Source: Octopus bimaculoides (taxonomy: Eukaryota). Taken from it: a DNA stretch of 36,959 nucleotides. The stretch is taken from NCBI RefSeq assembly GCF_001194135.2, contig NC_068987.1:41819748-41856706 (forward strand), read 5' to 3'. Made by a program: the position numbers and the translations under genes. The notes under the pieces are model-generated. The model saw nothing but the letters and a program-made list of their open reading frames with translations. It did no database searches and had not been told where the DNA came from. The stretch's first letter is position 1, and every line of letters starts with the position of its first letter. Below, in pieces: positions 22,163 to 32,790 of this stretch.

Positions 22163-22961
22163 CAGAGGCATACCTCATTTTAATTTAAGTCGTTCTTGAT
22201 TATACATCAGTTTTTTAAAATAATATATGAAAAAATAGTGATAAAGTTAAGTCATTTTACTCGATTTTACATCTGTCTGCCGTATTGGAATCGTAAAATC
22301 ACTAGAAAACAGTTAAAAGCACCTAAAATCATGTTACTGTACAATAAATAAGAATAAAAGCATATAAAATCATATTAAAATACGTACAATAAATGTTAAG
22401 ATGCACACCATAAAGTAGTGTAGCTTGGTGAATGAAATCCTGAAATCAGCTGTGTTGTCTTATTTATTGATCTTTCAGAGTTCATATTGCGCTGTAGTTC
22501 CAATATCTACTGTTAGGCATTATTGCCACTCATGATTCCTGTGATTGTTTTGAATTCAGATTTGTTTATGTCTGTTTATTGGCTACTTTCTCATTCCCAT
22601 TCATTTGTGACTTTATTTTTTTGTTCCCCCCCCCCCCGTCTCATAAGAAAATTTGTAGTGTAAGTGCTAAGCGTCATGCTATAACACTGGAAGATAAACT
22701 GGATATGATAAAATGCCATGAAAAAGGTAAAAAAGTGGTAGCAATTGCATTATCTTTTGGGATGCGTCAGACAACTGTATTGACAATTGTACATAATTTT
22801 AGCACATATCAGATCTGAAGCCCCAGGGATGAAGAACACTGTCATCAATAGGTTTAGCCTATAGACAAGTAAATTCAGCCTAGCGTAGCCTAGAGACAAG
22901 TTAATTCAACTGAAGTCGTGTCTCCTGGAACCAATTAACAATATAGGGTGAAGTATGCCTG
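22163..22961 (+). mobile_element. pogo/Tigger-like deletion derivative (CENP-B-type HTH only)
   Basis: Termini cag(a)ggcatacctca and tgaagtatgcctgTA resemble the Tigger CAGGCATACCTC end. Coding remnant at about 22657-22800: SAKRHAITLEDKLDMIKCHEKGKKVVAIALSFGMRQTTVLTIV. No DDD domain. Confidence 0.8.
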
Positions 22962-23190
22962 TATATATATATGTGTGTGTGTGTTTTTGTCTGTGTTTGT
23001 CTCCCCACCATCATTGCTTGACAACCGATGTTGGTGTGTTTGCATCCCCATAACTTAGCTGTTCAGCAGAAGAGACTGATAGAATAAGCACCAGGCTTAC
23101 AGGGAATAAGTCCAGGGGTCGATTTCTTCAACTAAAGGGTGGTGCTCCAGTTTTGCAACTGTCAAACGACTAAAACAAATAAAAGAATAC
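22962..23190 (+). mobile_element. SINE 3' half (continuation of 22050-22160)
   Basis: (TA)(TG) followed by cattgcttgacaaccgatgttggtgtg..aataagcaccaggcttac..ggggtcgatt..ggtgctccag. Confidence 0.85.
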
Positions 23191-23444
23191 CAGAAGAACA
23201 TTCTGTACCACTTAACCAAGAAGGTTCTTTAAATATGTACAATGTATTTTAAGGTTAAATAGTAATTCTGTTTACATTTGCATAACTGAGACATTTTGGT
23301 TGGATTATATAGTTATCAGTTTTACACTTTTTTTCTATGTTCTGTAAGTGTCACAATATACAAACATTTCTCATGGCACCAGCACCCAATTTACAGATGC
23401 TTACACTTTTTATGCTTCCCGTGAATTTTTCACGAGTCCAGTTA

Positions 23445-23570
23445 GTCACCATTATTATTACTATTATTACTATCATTACTATTATTACCATCATTATCAT
23501 TGTTATTATTGTTATCATCATCATCACTATTGTTACTGTTGTTGTTGTCATTCTTAGTATTATTTCTATT
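23445..23570. repeat. Mixed (ATT/ATC/GTT)n trinucleotide tract
   Basis: Directly visible. Confidence 0.85.
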
Positions 23571-23924
23571 TATATTGCTCTCTCCATTTGTTTTACTATT
23601 CACATTAAGGTTTACTTTCTTTCCATAGTTTTCAATGTCTTTGTTTCTAGTATTAGTCATACCATCTTGACCATTGTTTGCATGAAGTTTAGCATCACTC
23701 TTCCTATTGCTGGCTCTGGTCCACTCGCTACCACCATTACTATTACTACTATTACACTTGCTACCAACCATTACTATTTTTCGCAACTGATCCATAGATC
23801 AATTGAGTAAACCTATCAGTAAGGTACCTATAATGACATAATGACTAGTGGAAACTGCTGTGAGAAAAATTTACTGTAATAAAGGAAAAATATGTAATGA
23901 CCATTGTACCTTATCTTATATAAA

Positions 23925-24045
<121 letters not shown>

Positions 24046-24134
24046 AAATGTATATGTAGTGGGATAGTGTAGCAAAAGATGTTGTTGAGATAGCAAATGA
24101 AATAGGCATGTGAACAACATCAAAAACAATAGGA

Positions 24135-25650
24135 AAGCATCGGATTGTGGTTTAAATAATTTATTTAATCAACACTTGCATTTACGTGTTGTCCAGAAAT
24201 CTTTCGTCACACTTCTCAGTGACACTTTTCGTTTTCGTATGTGTTCTTGCTTCACTTACTCCATTCTGTTCTTCTAAGATGTGTATCCTTATGTGCGCAT
24301 GCATTTTTGTCCTTGTGTGTGTATGCTTGTGTGTGTGTCATAGTTTTTACTAGCAGTGTGGCCTTACCCTCAGCCCTATCCTTTCATTCCATTGTGCTGC
24401 TGCTGTCCTGAGACCCGAAAAATATGGTACAGTTCCTGTATTCCTCTGTGTATGTGTGTTCGCCCATGGTGTTGCCATCGTGGTGGTTATAGTTGTTCTT
24501 ACAGTTAACTTGTAAGATTAGGAATGAAGTGTATAGCTTACGATGTACTGAGAGACGGTGCAGAAACATGACAACTACCTACATTGAAGAGACTGCACGC
24601 AACATAGGAGAGTGTATAGGTGAACATTGGTGAGAGCACAAAGAAGAGAAAAGCTCACCAGTGCTCTACCAACATGCTCAGGCAGGACATGGAGGCTTGA
24701 TTAATAGCATAGAGGTTAAAGTATTTCAACACATAGAACTGACACAACACTTAGATTACAGAGGCTACAAATATAACAGTAGACAGACCAAGCCTCAATA
24801 GAAAACACGAATGGAACAGTAACACCCACCACCACACTACACCACATGACTATAAACTGTGGGGATGTGAAAAGAGAGGGAAAAAGGAAAAAAGAAGAAA
24901 AACCCATAAACAATACACAGAAACATGCAAGGTAATACACACACAATAGACATATAAGCACTTACCTGTGATATTTATGAGAAATAGAGAGAGATGTATA
25001 AAAAGTAAATAAATAAACATATAAATAGATAAATAAATAAATATATAAATATATCTGTCACATACCTGTGATAAATGTAAGACAGAGATAGATAAAATAA
25101 AAAAAGAAACTATATAAAGGGCATGGATACATATGAAGTGAACTCATACACACACACATGAAACTTCATGGATGGCCATAACAATATCAACAACACAACT
25201 AGCATCATCAGCAGAAGTGGCAATGCCAACAATGGCAATAACAAAAACAACCACCACAATGGCAACACTGTGGGTGAACACTCGTACACAGAGGAATACA
25301 GGAACTGTACCATGTTTTTTTTTTTTTGTGGAGGGGGGGTCTCAGGACAGCAGCAGCACAACAGAGAGGATGGGGTTGAGGAGAAGGCCACAATGCTGTT
25401 AAAAACTATGACACACACACAAGCACACACACACATACACACACACACGCGAGTGCACACACACACACACACACAAACAAGGACACAAAAGCATGCGCAC
25501 ATAAGGAGACACATCGTCAAACAGAACGGAGTAAGTGGAGCAAGAACACACGCAAAAATGAAAAGTGTTGCTGAAGAGGTCACAGATGTGTGACAAAAGA
25601 TTTCCAGACAATGGACATGAGTTAAAATAATAAAATAAGAAGAGGAATAA
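24135..25650 (+). mobile_element. 5'-truncated Penelope-like element: inverted pLTR (about 24190-24500), GIY-YIG endonuclease remnant (24523 to about 24810), sense pLTR (about 25240-25615)
   Basis: NEVYSLRCTERRCRNMTTTYIEETARNIGECIGEHW* is the GIY-YIG VY..C...YIGET.R..ER..EH pattern. The flanking segments of about 310-370 bp are reverse complements of each other. Confidence 0.85.
25565..25610 (+). ncRNA. Degenerate minimal hammerhead-like motif in the PLE pLTR
   Basis: tgttg-CTGAAGA-g-GTCACA gatg TGTGAC-aAAA-GATT-TC-cagaca. The GAAA G is mutated here but intact in the inverted copy (24188-24230), which has instead lost 10 nt of the core and stem II. Confidence 0.5.
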
Positions 25651-25715
25651 ACAACTGAAGGGAAAAAAATATATAGCACGTGTGTTTATTTGGCAAAAGA
25701 AAAATAACCATCCCA

Positions 25716-26950
25716 GGATCTTTTCCTTTTGGCCGGCACATAGAAAAAATAATTTTTTGTAACTAAACACTTTCAAATTTCGTATACTGGTAGAATGTGT
25801 CATTTAAAACATCATTTACTCTTGGCGTTTTTAAGAAAATTCTTTATTTTTGAAGTTATTTCATGTTAAAGTTGTTGCATTTTGGTAATTTTAACCAGTC
25901 AATGACATCTATTGAGGGAAAAACAATTACTGCTGTGGTTTGTCAACAAGACGTTCTAGGGGTGTAAATTTACTTTGTCACTGTTATTTCTGATATATTT
26001 ACATTTGAGATACACGTGTATATAGTTTAATCAATTCAGTTATTAGTTATTTAAAAAATTTTTTCAGTTTATTTTGTTTGTGGAAGTATTTTCGTTTTGT
26101 TTTAGTGTTTTNNNNNNNNNNNNNNNNNNNNNNNNNNNNNNNNNNNNNNNNNNNNNNNNNNNNNNNNNNNNNNNNNNNNNNNNNNNNNNNNNNNNNNNNN
26201 NNNNNNNNNNNNNNNNNNNNNNNNNNNNNNNNNNNNNNNNNNNNNNNNNNNNNNNNNNNNNNNNNNNNNNNNNNNNNNNNNNNNNNNNNNNNNNNNNNNN
26301 NNNNNNNNNNNNNNNNNNNNNNNNNNNNNNNNNNNNNNNNNNNNNNNNNNNNNNNNNNNNNNNNNNNNNNNNNNNNNNNNNNNNNNNNNNNNNNNNNNNN
26401 NNNNNNNNNNNNGTTAGGGTTGGGATTTTAGGGTTAGAGTTACGGAAAAATGTGAAAAATGAAGAAATTGAAGGGGGAGGGGGGCAAAAATGTCTTTCCG
26501 AAAATAGTAGCTGAAAAAACCCTAACCTAACCCTAAAACCCTAACCCTAACTCTAAAACCCTATCCCTAACCCTAAAACCCTAACCCTGACCCTAAAACC
26601 CTAATCTAACTCTAAAACCCGAACCCTAACCCTAAAACCCTAAAGCTAAAACCAGTACAAATGCATGAATGATGTCATAAATAACAGTGACAAAGTAAAT
26701 TTACACTGCCGGAACGTCTTGTTGACAAACCACAGCAGTAATTGTTTCCACCTCAATAGACGTCATTGATTGGTTGAAATTACCGAAATACGACAACTTT
26801 AACACAAAATAACTTCGAAAATAAAGAATTTTCTTAAAAACGCCAAGAGTAAATGACGTTTTAAATGACAGTCTACCAGTATACGAAATTTGAAAGTGTT
26901 TATTTACAAAAAATTATTTTTTCTAAGTGCCGGCCAAAAGGTAAAGATCC
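25716..26950. mobile_element. Foldback element with about 280-bp inverted arms and inverted telomere-like arrays
   Basis: Arms 25716-25997 and 26672-26950 are reverse complements (ggatcttt.ccttttggccggcac...gtcactgttattt.tga). TTAGGG-type repeats lie at 26413-26440 and CCCTAA-type repeats at 26520-26651. Confidence 0.85.
26520..26651. repeat. About 6 copies of a 20-bp (CCCTAA)2CCCTAAAA telomere-like minisatellite
   Basis: Units ccctaa-ccctaa-ccctaaaa with scattered substitutions. Confidence 0.9.
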
Positions 26951-27577
26951 CCTTTATGTTTTATTTATATTCTTATAATATTAATGTAGGATATAGAATA
27001 TATAATATATTCAGTAAAATGAAATGATGTATTGATTGTCTTATTGAATAAATGAAATATTGAATATTGAATATTAAATATTAAGTTTTGAATATTAAGG
27101 GACTAGTATACTTTCTTGCATTTTAGCAACCTTCAAGGTCCCATGCTGTGACAGGAGTGTTGACAACTGTAGTTGCCTAGCTGTCTTTTCTCCTTTATAT
27201 ACATTCCTGTAGACAACAGTGGTAGTTGTTGAATTGAGTTACTGCCTTGCAGACTTAGACATATATTCTATTATTTTGTTCTAAACCAGTTGTATTTAAT
27301 GAGTTTTCTACAATCGTGGAGGATGAGGATCTTAGTTCTTGATTTTGTCTCTTTTTTCTTGCTCCATTTTTTGCACCAACCTTCTTCATGTTTTTTCCTT
27401 ATTTTTTTCTTACTTTCTGAGCGTCCAGCATCCTTGTTTTTAAAAATATATATATAACATATAAACAGAGCCTGAAAGATTGCTTTAAGATATATGGCAT
27501 ATATTATAAATACGGTTATTCAAGTATCATAATAGCATGAAACTATTAGTAGCTCTTTTGGCTGAGTATTTAATGTG

Positions 27578-27612
<35 letters not shown>

Positions 27613-27748
27613 GATTCAGGTGAATATGGTACTTAAGTTTAGGCACTAGAAATAAGTATGGTATTATCCATACAGTTTCAAAATAAAGTGATNNNNNNNN
27701 NNAATAAGTATGGTATTATCCATACAGTTTCAAAATAAAGTGATTAAA

Positions 27749-27929
27749 ATCAAAATAAGCAACAAGGACATCCAAAGTTAATGCAGTACAATCGTTTCAA
27801 GGATATCCAAATTAATGCAATACGGTTGTTTCATGTGTCTCTATTTAATTAAGCATTACTTAATTAAATGGAGTTGCATGAAACGATCGTACTGCATTAA
27901 CTTTGGATATCTTTGTTGCTTATTTTGAT
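27749..27929. mobile_element. About 180-bp foldback MITE with a nested central hairpin
   Basis: Arms of about 50 bp (27749-27799 and 27879-27929, 3 mismatches). Perfect 11-bp stem atttaattaag/cttaattaaat with a 5-nt loop at 27843-27869. Confidence 0.8.
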
Positions 27930-28129
27930 ATATACATATATACATGTAGATTACCTAACTTTTGAACTTCTTTAATTGGAGCTATCCACATTTTAACAGT
28001 AATCTGTTAAATGCATGAATAAAATTGTAAATGTTAATGCATTGTCTGAAAGGATATTGATAATGCTTTCTAAATTAAACAAGAAAGACAAGTGAACCTC
28101 TTAGTTGTTTAAAGAAGAATGTCTTTTAT

Positions 28130-28690
28130 GATACACATTTCTGGTAGATCTGCCTTCCTTCAAGAATTCTTTAATTTGCATTCATAATCCCTGGCTTTAA
28201 AGCCACATACAGCTGGCCATATTGGAATACAAATTACTCAAGATAAATTAAGACATTCTACATGGTCTGTCCCTTGTGCTTTACATATAGTCATTACAAG
28301 ACATGACTGTATTGGGACCTGGGTCTGCTGAACAAGTACATCTTCACCTTCTGATTTATTGAGCTTTGTTCTAAGAATCATGACAATGTCATTTTTTAAT
28401 GCACTAACATTGATCTTTGCTACAATCAGATTCTCATATATTTCTTGTATGATCATGTGTTCCATCGCAAAGCCTTGGAGGATTTAAATTTCTGTTATTT
28501 GTTCTTTTTCTCCTCCTGGAGATGTGCATTCCTATCCTTTTCAATCTCTCCTTCTTTATTTACTGACTCTGTTATCCTGGAATCATGTAGCTTTCATCTC
28601 AATTGTTTCCTGCTGTTTCCTTGCTCTCGCTGCTTCCTAACACCATTTGGCATCATCTCTCGATCCTGATTATCCCCTTCTCTTTCCACT
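28130..28690 (-). mobile_element. Helitron RepHel remnant (PIF1-like helicase C-terminus), internally deleted
   Basis: Minus strand: RNLNPPRLCDGT (28493-28458), IIQEIYENLIVAKI, QVPIQSCLVMTICKAQG (MTINKSQG motif) and FQYGQLYVAL (HGQLYVA motif, about 28198-28225). Directly upstream is a charged low-complexity segment. Confidence 0.82.
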
Positions 28691-28819
28691 TGGTATAATC
28701 CATCAGTATGTATTTGTATTATGTAATAATATATTAGAAAAGTCAAAACAAATCAATAAATAAAAGTCAAAAGGCTGAATTGCAGAAAATGATGTATCTG
28801 AGAGAGACAGTGTGCAAGT

Positions 28820-28842
28820 ATATGTGTGCACGTGTGTGTGTA

Positions 28843-28877
<35 letters not shown>

Positions 28878-29088
28878 NNNNNNNNNNNNNNNNNNNNNNN
28901 NNNNNNNNNNNNNNNNNNNNNNNNNNNNNNNNNNNNNNNNNNNNNNNNNNNNNNNNNNNNNNNNNNNNNNNNNNNNNNNNNNNNNNNNNNNNNNNNNNNN
29001 NNNNNNNNNNNNNNNNNNNNNNNNNNNNNNNNNNNNNNNNNNNNNNNNNNNNNNNNNNNNNNNNNNNNNNNNNNNNNNNNNNNNNNNN

Positions 29089-29138
<50 letters not shown>
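28820..29138. repeat. (TG)n and (AG)n microsatellites flanking an N-gap
   Basis: Directly visible. Confidence 0.9.
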
Positions 29139-29141
<3 letters not shown>

Positions 29142-31804
29142 AGTGGAATATCTTACTGCAGGTAAAATATTTTCATGGCAAATCTGCTTTGCAAAGTAGT
29201 TGTTTTTCTTTTTTTTATTACCATGTTAAATGCTTTTGCTACAAACAGGTTTGCAGGCCATTTTAGTATTTTCTTCCCAGGTGCAGAAAATGATTTTTGG
29301 TTGTTTTATGGAGCAAAGCATCTCTGATATTTATTACACCTTTAATATTGCAGCTGTGAGGAAAGTCCATTGGCAGTGGTGGAAGACCCATTGACATCCA
29401 TGAAAGGATGGATGATAGCTCAGGAAAATGGCACACAGCAGTGTTAGGGCTAGCACCCCAAAGCACTGCACCAGCAAGTCAAGTGACTAATACAAATCAG
29501 GAAGAATACCCCCTGGTAGACTGAGAAGGAGGGGAGGATAATATGTCAAACAGGACAGAATGCAGGGACATCAACTTGGATAAGAATTTCCAGGATATGA
29601 GATTGGACACAGCAAGAGAGGAGGGTGAAACCATAAGGAGACACAATGGCTGTGGTGGAGTATTTAAGAGCAGATGTGGCATTGTATTAGCACTACTTGT
29701 CAGTCAGAGGGGGACCAAGACCAGGAGGCAAACCATAGTGCCCAGGGCCTCTCTGTTCAGTTTGCTCGATGCACAAGAAAAGTGGATGAACATGAAAGCC
29801 CCAAGGGCTTTGAGAAGAAGCCATGGCTGAATTTGCCACCAGCATTAGATCTGAGCTGGGCCCAGTTAGACAAGGACTTGAACATTATTCGAGACAACAT
29901 TCTGAAGGATGAAACTGCCAGAATGATAAGAACTATGGTGCAAGTAGTATACCAAGCATTCCAAGATATCTTTGACATGAAGGAAAGCAAAATCAACAAC
30001 CAGAATGTTCCCAGTAGGAGGTAGTGTCAGAGAAAAGAATTGAGGAAAGAGCTAAGTCAGCAAACAATACAAGAAAAGTAGCTTTAAAACAACTTAGCTT
30101 GGAGTTATGAAGAAACCTGCTCCAACTTCACAAGGTAAAATCACTTTAGAAAAAGCAGAGAAAAACGCAGAGGCAAAGGAAAGCCTTTTTTAACAACCTC
30201 TTCCAGTCCACAGCTGACCTTCTCAGAAAGCCAAAAATCAGGAGGTGAATATACTCTAAGAAAGAGGTAGAGAGCAGAGTAGCAGCAGTGTATGGTGACC
30301 CCAAGAGTGATATAAGAGATTGTTCCTTTCCACTGCCAATGCTCAAATTCCACACCCTTTTCAACATGGCAGACTTTGCTTTCGATGAAGTGAGGGCAGT
30401 TGTGACAAAAGCTCATACAGGTTCTACTCCAGGGCTCTTTGGCACCACTTTCAGAATATTCAAAAACTGTCCACTACTATTGAGGAGAATAGCAAAACTT
30501 TTACTTTTTGATCTGGAAGAGGAGCAGGAACCCCGACTCTGGACACTTGCTGAGGGCTGTCTTGTTCCAAAAGAAGAAAACTCAAATGACTTGACTAGTT
30601 TCAAGAGATCTCTCTTCTGAACATTGGTGGGAAGAACTTTTAGGCCATCATTGTCATATCTATTGGCTAATGAGTGCCTCAACATGAGTATACAGAAATG
30701 AGAGCTCCTAGGTTACTCTGGATGCCTTGAAAACACGTCAGTGATCAGTCATGTCATTAAGGAAGCAAAGAGGAACAACATCTCACTTTCTGATGTATAG
30801 TTGGATCTTGCCAAAGCATACCCATGTGTGCCCCACCAGCTATTCCAAAATGCGTTGGAGTACTACCAAATACTAACAAAAGTAGTCAGTCTCATAATGT
30901 CCCTCATGGGTTTGCTGAGGATGAGGTTCACCGTGGGAAATTCCACTACTAAATGGCAGGGACTGGAAAAAAGCATTATGGCAGGGTGTACAATTTCCAT
31001 AGTCTATTTGTGGCAGCCATGAACTTACTGCTAGAGCGGGGAGAGAAGCAGCTGAGAGGTCCCAAAACTGATGAAAACAGGAAATCCAGTTTGCAGGGCC
31101 TTCATAAATAACATAACAGTTATGACACCATCAACTGAAGAGGTATAGCAGACACTGAGCTGTCTAGAAAAGATGATCACATGGTCACACTTGAAGTTCA
31201 ATCCAGCAAAATCTCAGGGTCTGAATATCCTTAAAGGGAAGCTGACAAATGACATCTTCAACATTCAGGGCTCTGGGATTCCAACAATCCAAGAAAAAGG
31301 ATTAGGAAAATTACAATCATACCCGTAAAGATATTGGCTATGCTGAAGATACTAAGACACAACTTGACAACTGGCTGAGGACAGTTGATAAAAGTCAGCT
31401 ACTTGGAAGGTTCAAGGTATGGACTGTAGTGACCATTTTTGTTATATGATTTTGCCATGATTCAGGTGGAGATAATGGAGTAAATTCATGCAAAGGTGGC
31501 TGGGTTTTCCCCCAATTTTCAGCCCAGTCAATATAACAAGACCTCTAAGCCCATCTACCAATTTCATCAGTGGTGGAGGTATTCAAAGCCAAAAAGGCAA
31601 TCAGCACATTGCTTCTATCTAGGGATGAGAAAGTCAGATACACCAACAAAGCCATAAAGTTTGGCAGAAAATGGAAGCCTAAGAAGCTGTGAAGAAAATG
31701 AAGGCATATTGGAAACACCATGAGATTGTTAGAGTTATCTGTCAAAAACAGCTGGGACTTGGCAACCACAGTGCCAAGAGGTGAAAAAACACTTATACAA
31801 AGTG

Positions 31805-31806
<2 letters not shown>

Positions 31807-31858
<52 letters not shown>
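31807..31858. repeat. (GA)n inside the HERO-like ORF
   Basis: Directly visible. Confidence 0.9.
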
Positions 31859-32559
31859 CTCATAGTGCAAAGAACCCATGATTCAACAGAGGAGGATTGC
31901 TAAGTGAAGGTAGTAGGGCTTACCCACAAGGGGTAATGGATACAGTGAGACTGGGTATTCAAGCACCCACTGACATGGAAGGAACTCTGGGGCTCTGACC
32001 AGGGAAGATTGTCCTTCTTTCTTCATACTGTTGCTGACTGCTTGCCATCCCTAAATAACCTTAAGATATGGGGCAAAGAAGATCCATCCTGCAAGTAGTG
32101 AGGAGTAACTCTTTGCACCCTGAACCACATTTTGATTAGATGCCCTATAAGGCACTGGGAGTAGGCTAACATAAGTGGAGACATGACAAGATCCTTGCAG
32201 AAATTATCAAGTGGATTGATCTGCAAATGGTGAAGGCTAACACTAGCCACCACTGCCAAAGAGTGTCAGATTCCTAAAAGAAGTTAACAAGGCTCCCAAG
32301 ATCAGTACAATGACAGAAGATCTGTTTTCTTGTTTGTGTTCAACCTCAGACTGGGAGATGCAAGTAGACCTGAAGAGCAGATTTGTCTTCTCAGAGGCAA
32401 TAGTGGGAACAACACTTCAACCAGATGTTTCTGATCTGCAGGAGCACAAAATCAATCATTGTGATCAAACTTACAGTATCCTGGGAGGACAGACTCTATT
32501 TTCCACCAGGTAAAGAAAACCAAATATCAGGACTTGGCTGATGAGGCCCTTGTCAAGGG

Positions 32560-32790
32560 ATTGCATACCCCCCATGGACAATACCCCCCCTCACCAAGGA
32601 CAATTACCCCTGAGGACAACAGATGATGATTTAAAACTTTTTAATATATTAGAGAGGGGGTTATTAACCAAGGGGGTTATTAACCAAGGGGGATAATTTT
32701 CCTAGGGGTAGTTGTCATCGGGGGAATTGTCCTGGGAGGGGTAATTTCCGAGGGGACGTAATTGCCCTATAGGGGTAATTGTCCTGATAT
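32560..32790. mobile_element. Modular MITE-like insertion in the RLE domain
   Basis: GGACAATTACCCC at 32598-32610 and its perfect reverse complement at 32772-32784. About three left-facing and eight right-facing variants are present. HERO coding resumes afterwards (..AAAAFQQ/SVSYFLQKIG). Confidence 0.65.

Noticed and set aside
23337-23810. Hydrophobic Ile/Thr/Val-rich ORF as a membrane protein
   Set aside because: The hydrophobicity comes from the (ATT/ATC/GTT)n repeat frame.
25566-25608. Apparent compensatory covariation in stem I between the two pLTR hammerhead copies
   Set aside because: CA/TG versus TG/CA is fully explained by independent CpG deamination of an ancestral CG/CG pair, so it is not evidence of selection.
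26413-26651. Head-to-head telomere repeats as an ancient chromosome fusion site
   Set aside because: The arrays are short, have a non-canonical 20-bp periodicity and are enclosed symmetrically by long inverted arms. A foldback element explains them better. The orientation match alone is insufficient.
27651-27744. Perfect 42-bp direct repeat flanking a 10-N gap
   Set aside because: This is the typical overlap of unmerged contig ends, so it is most likely an assembly artefact.
32535-32562. Other CTGANGA occurrences (for example 32536, 21163, 7881, 31376) as hammerheads
   Set aside because: They have no correctly placed GAAA, NUH or stem I complementarity, and most lie inside TE coding sequence.
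32560-32790. Short repeats with spacers as a CRISPR-like array
   Set aside because: The context is eukaryotic, the units are degenerate and inverted, the spacers are tiny and irregular, and no cas genes are present.
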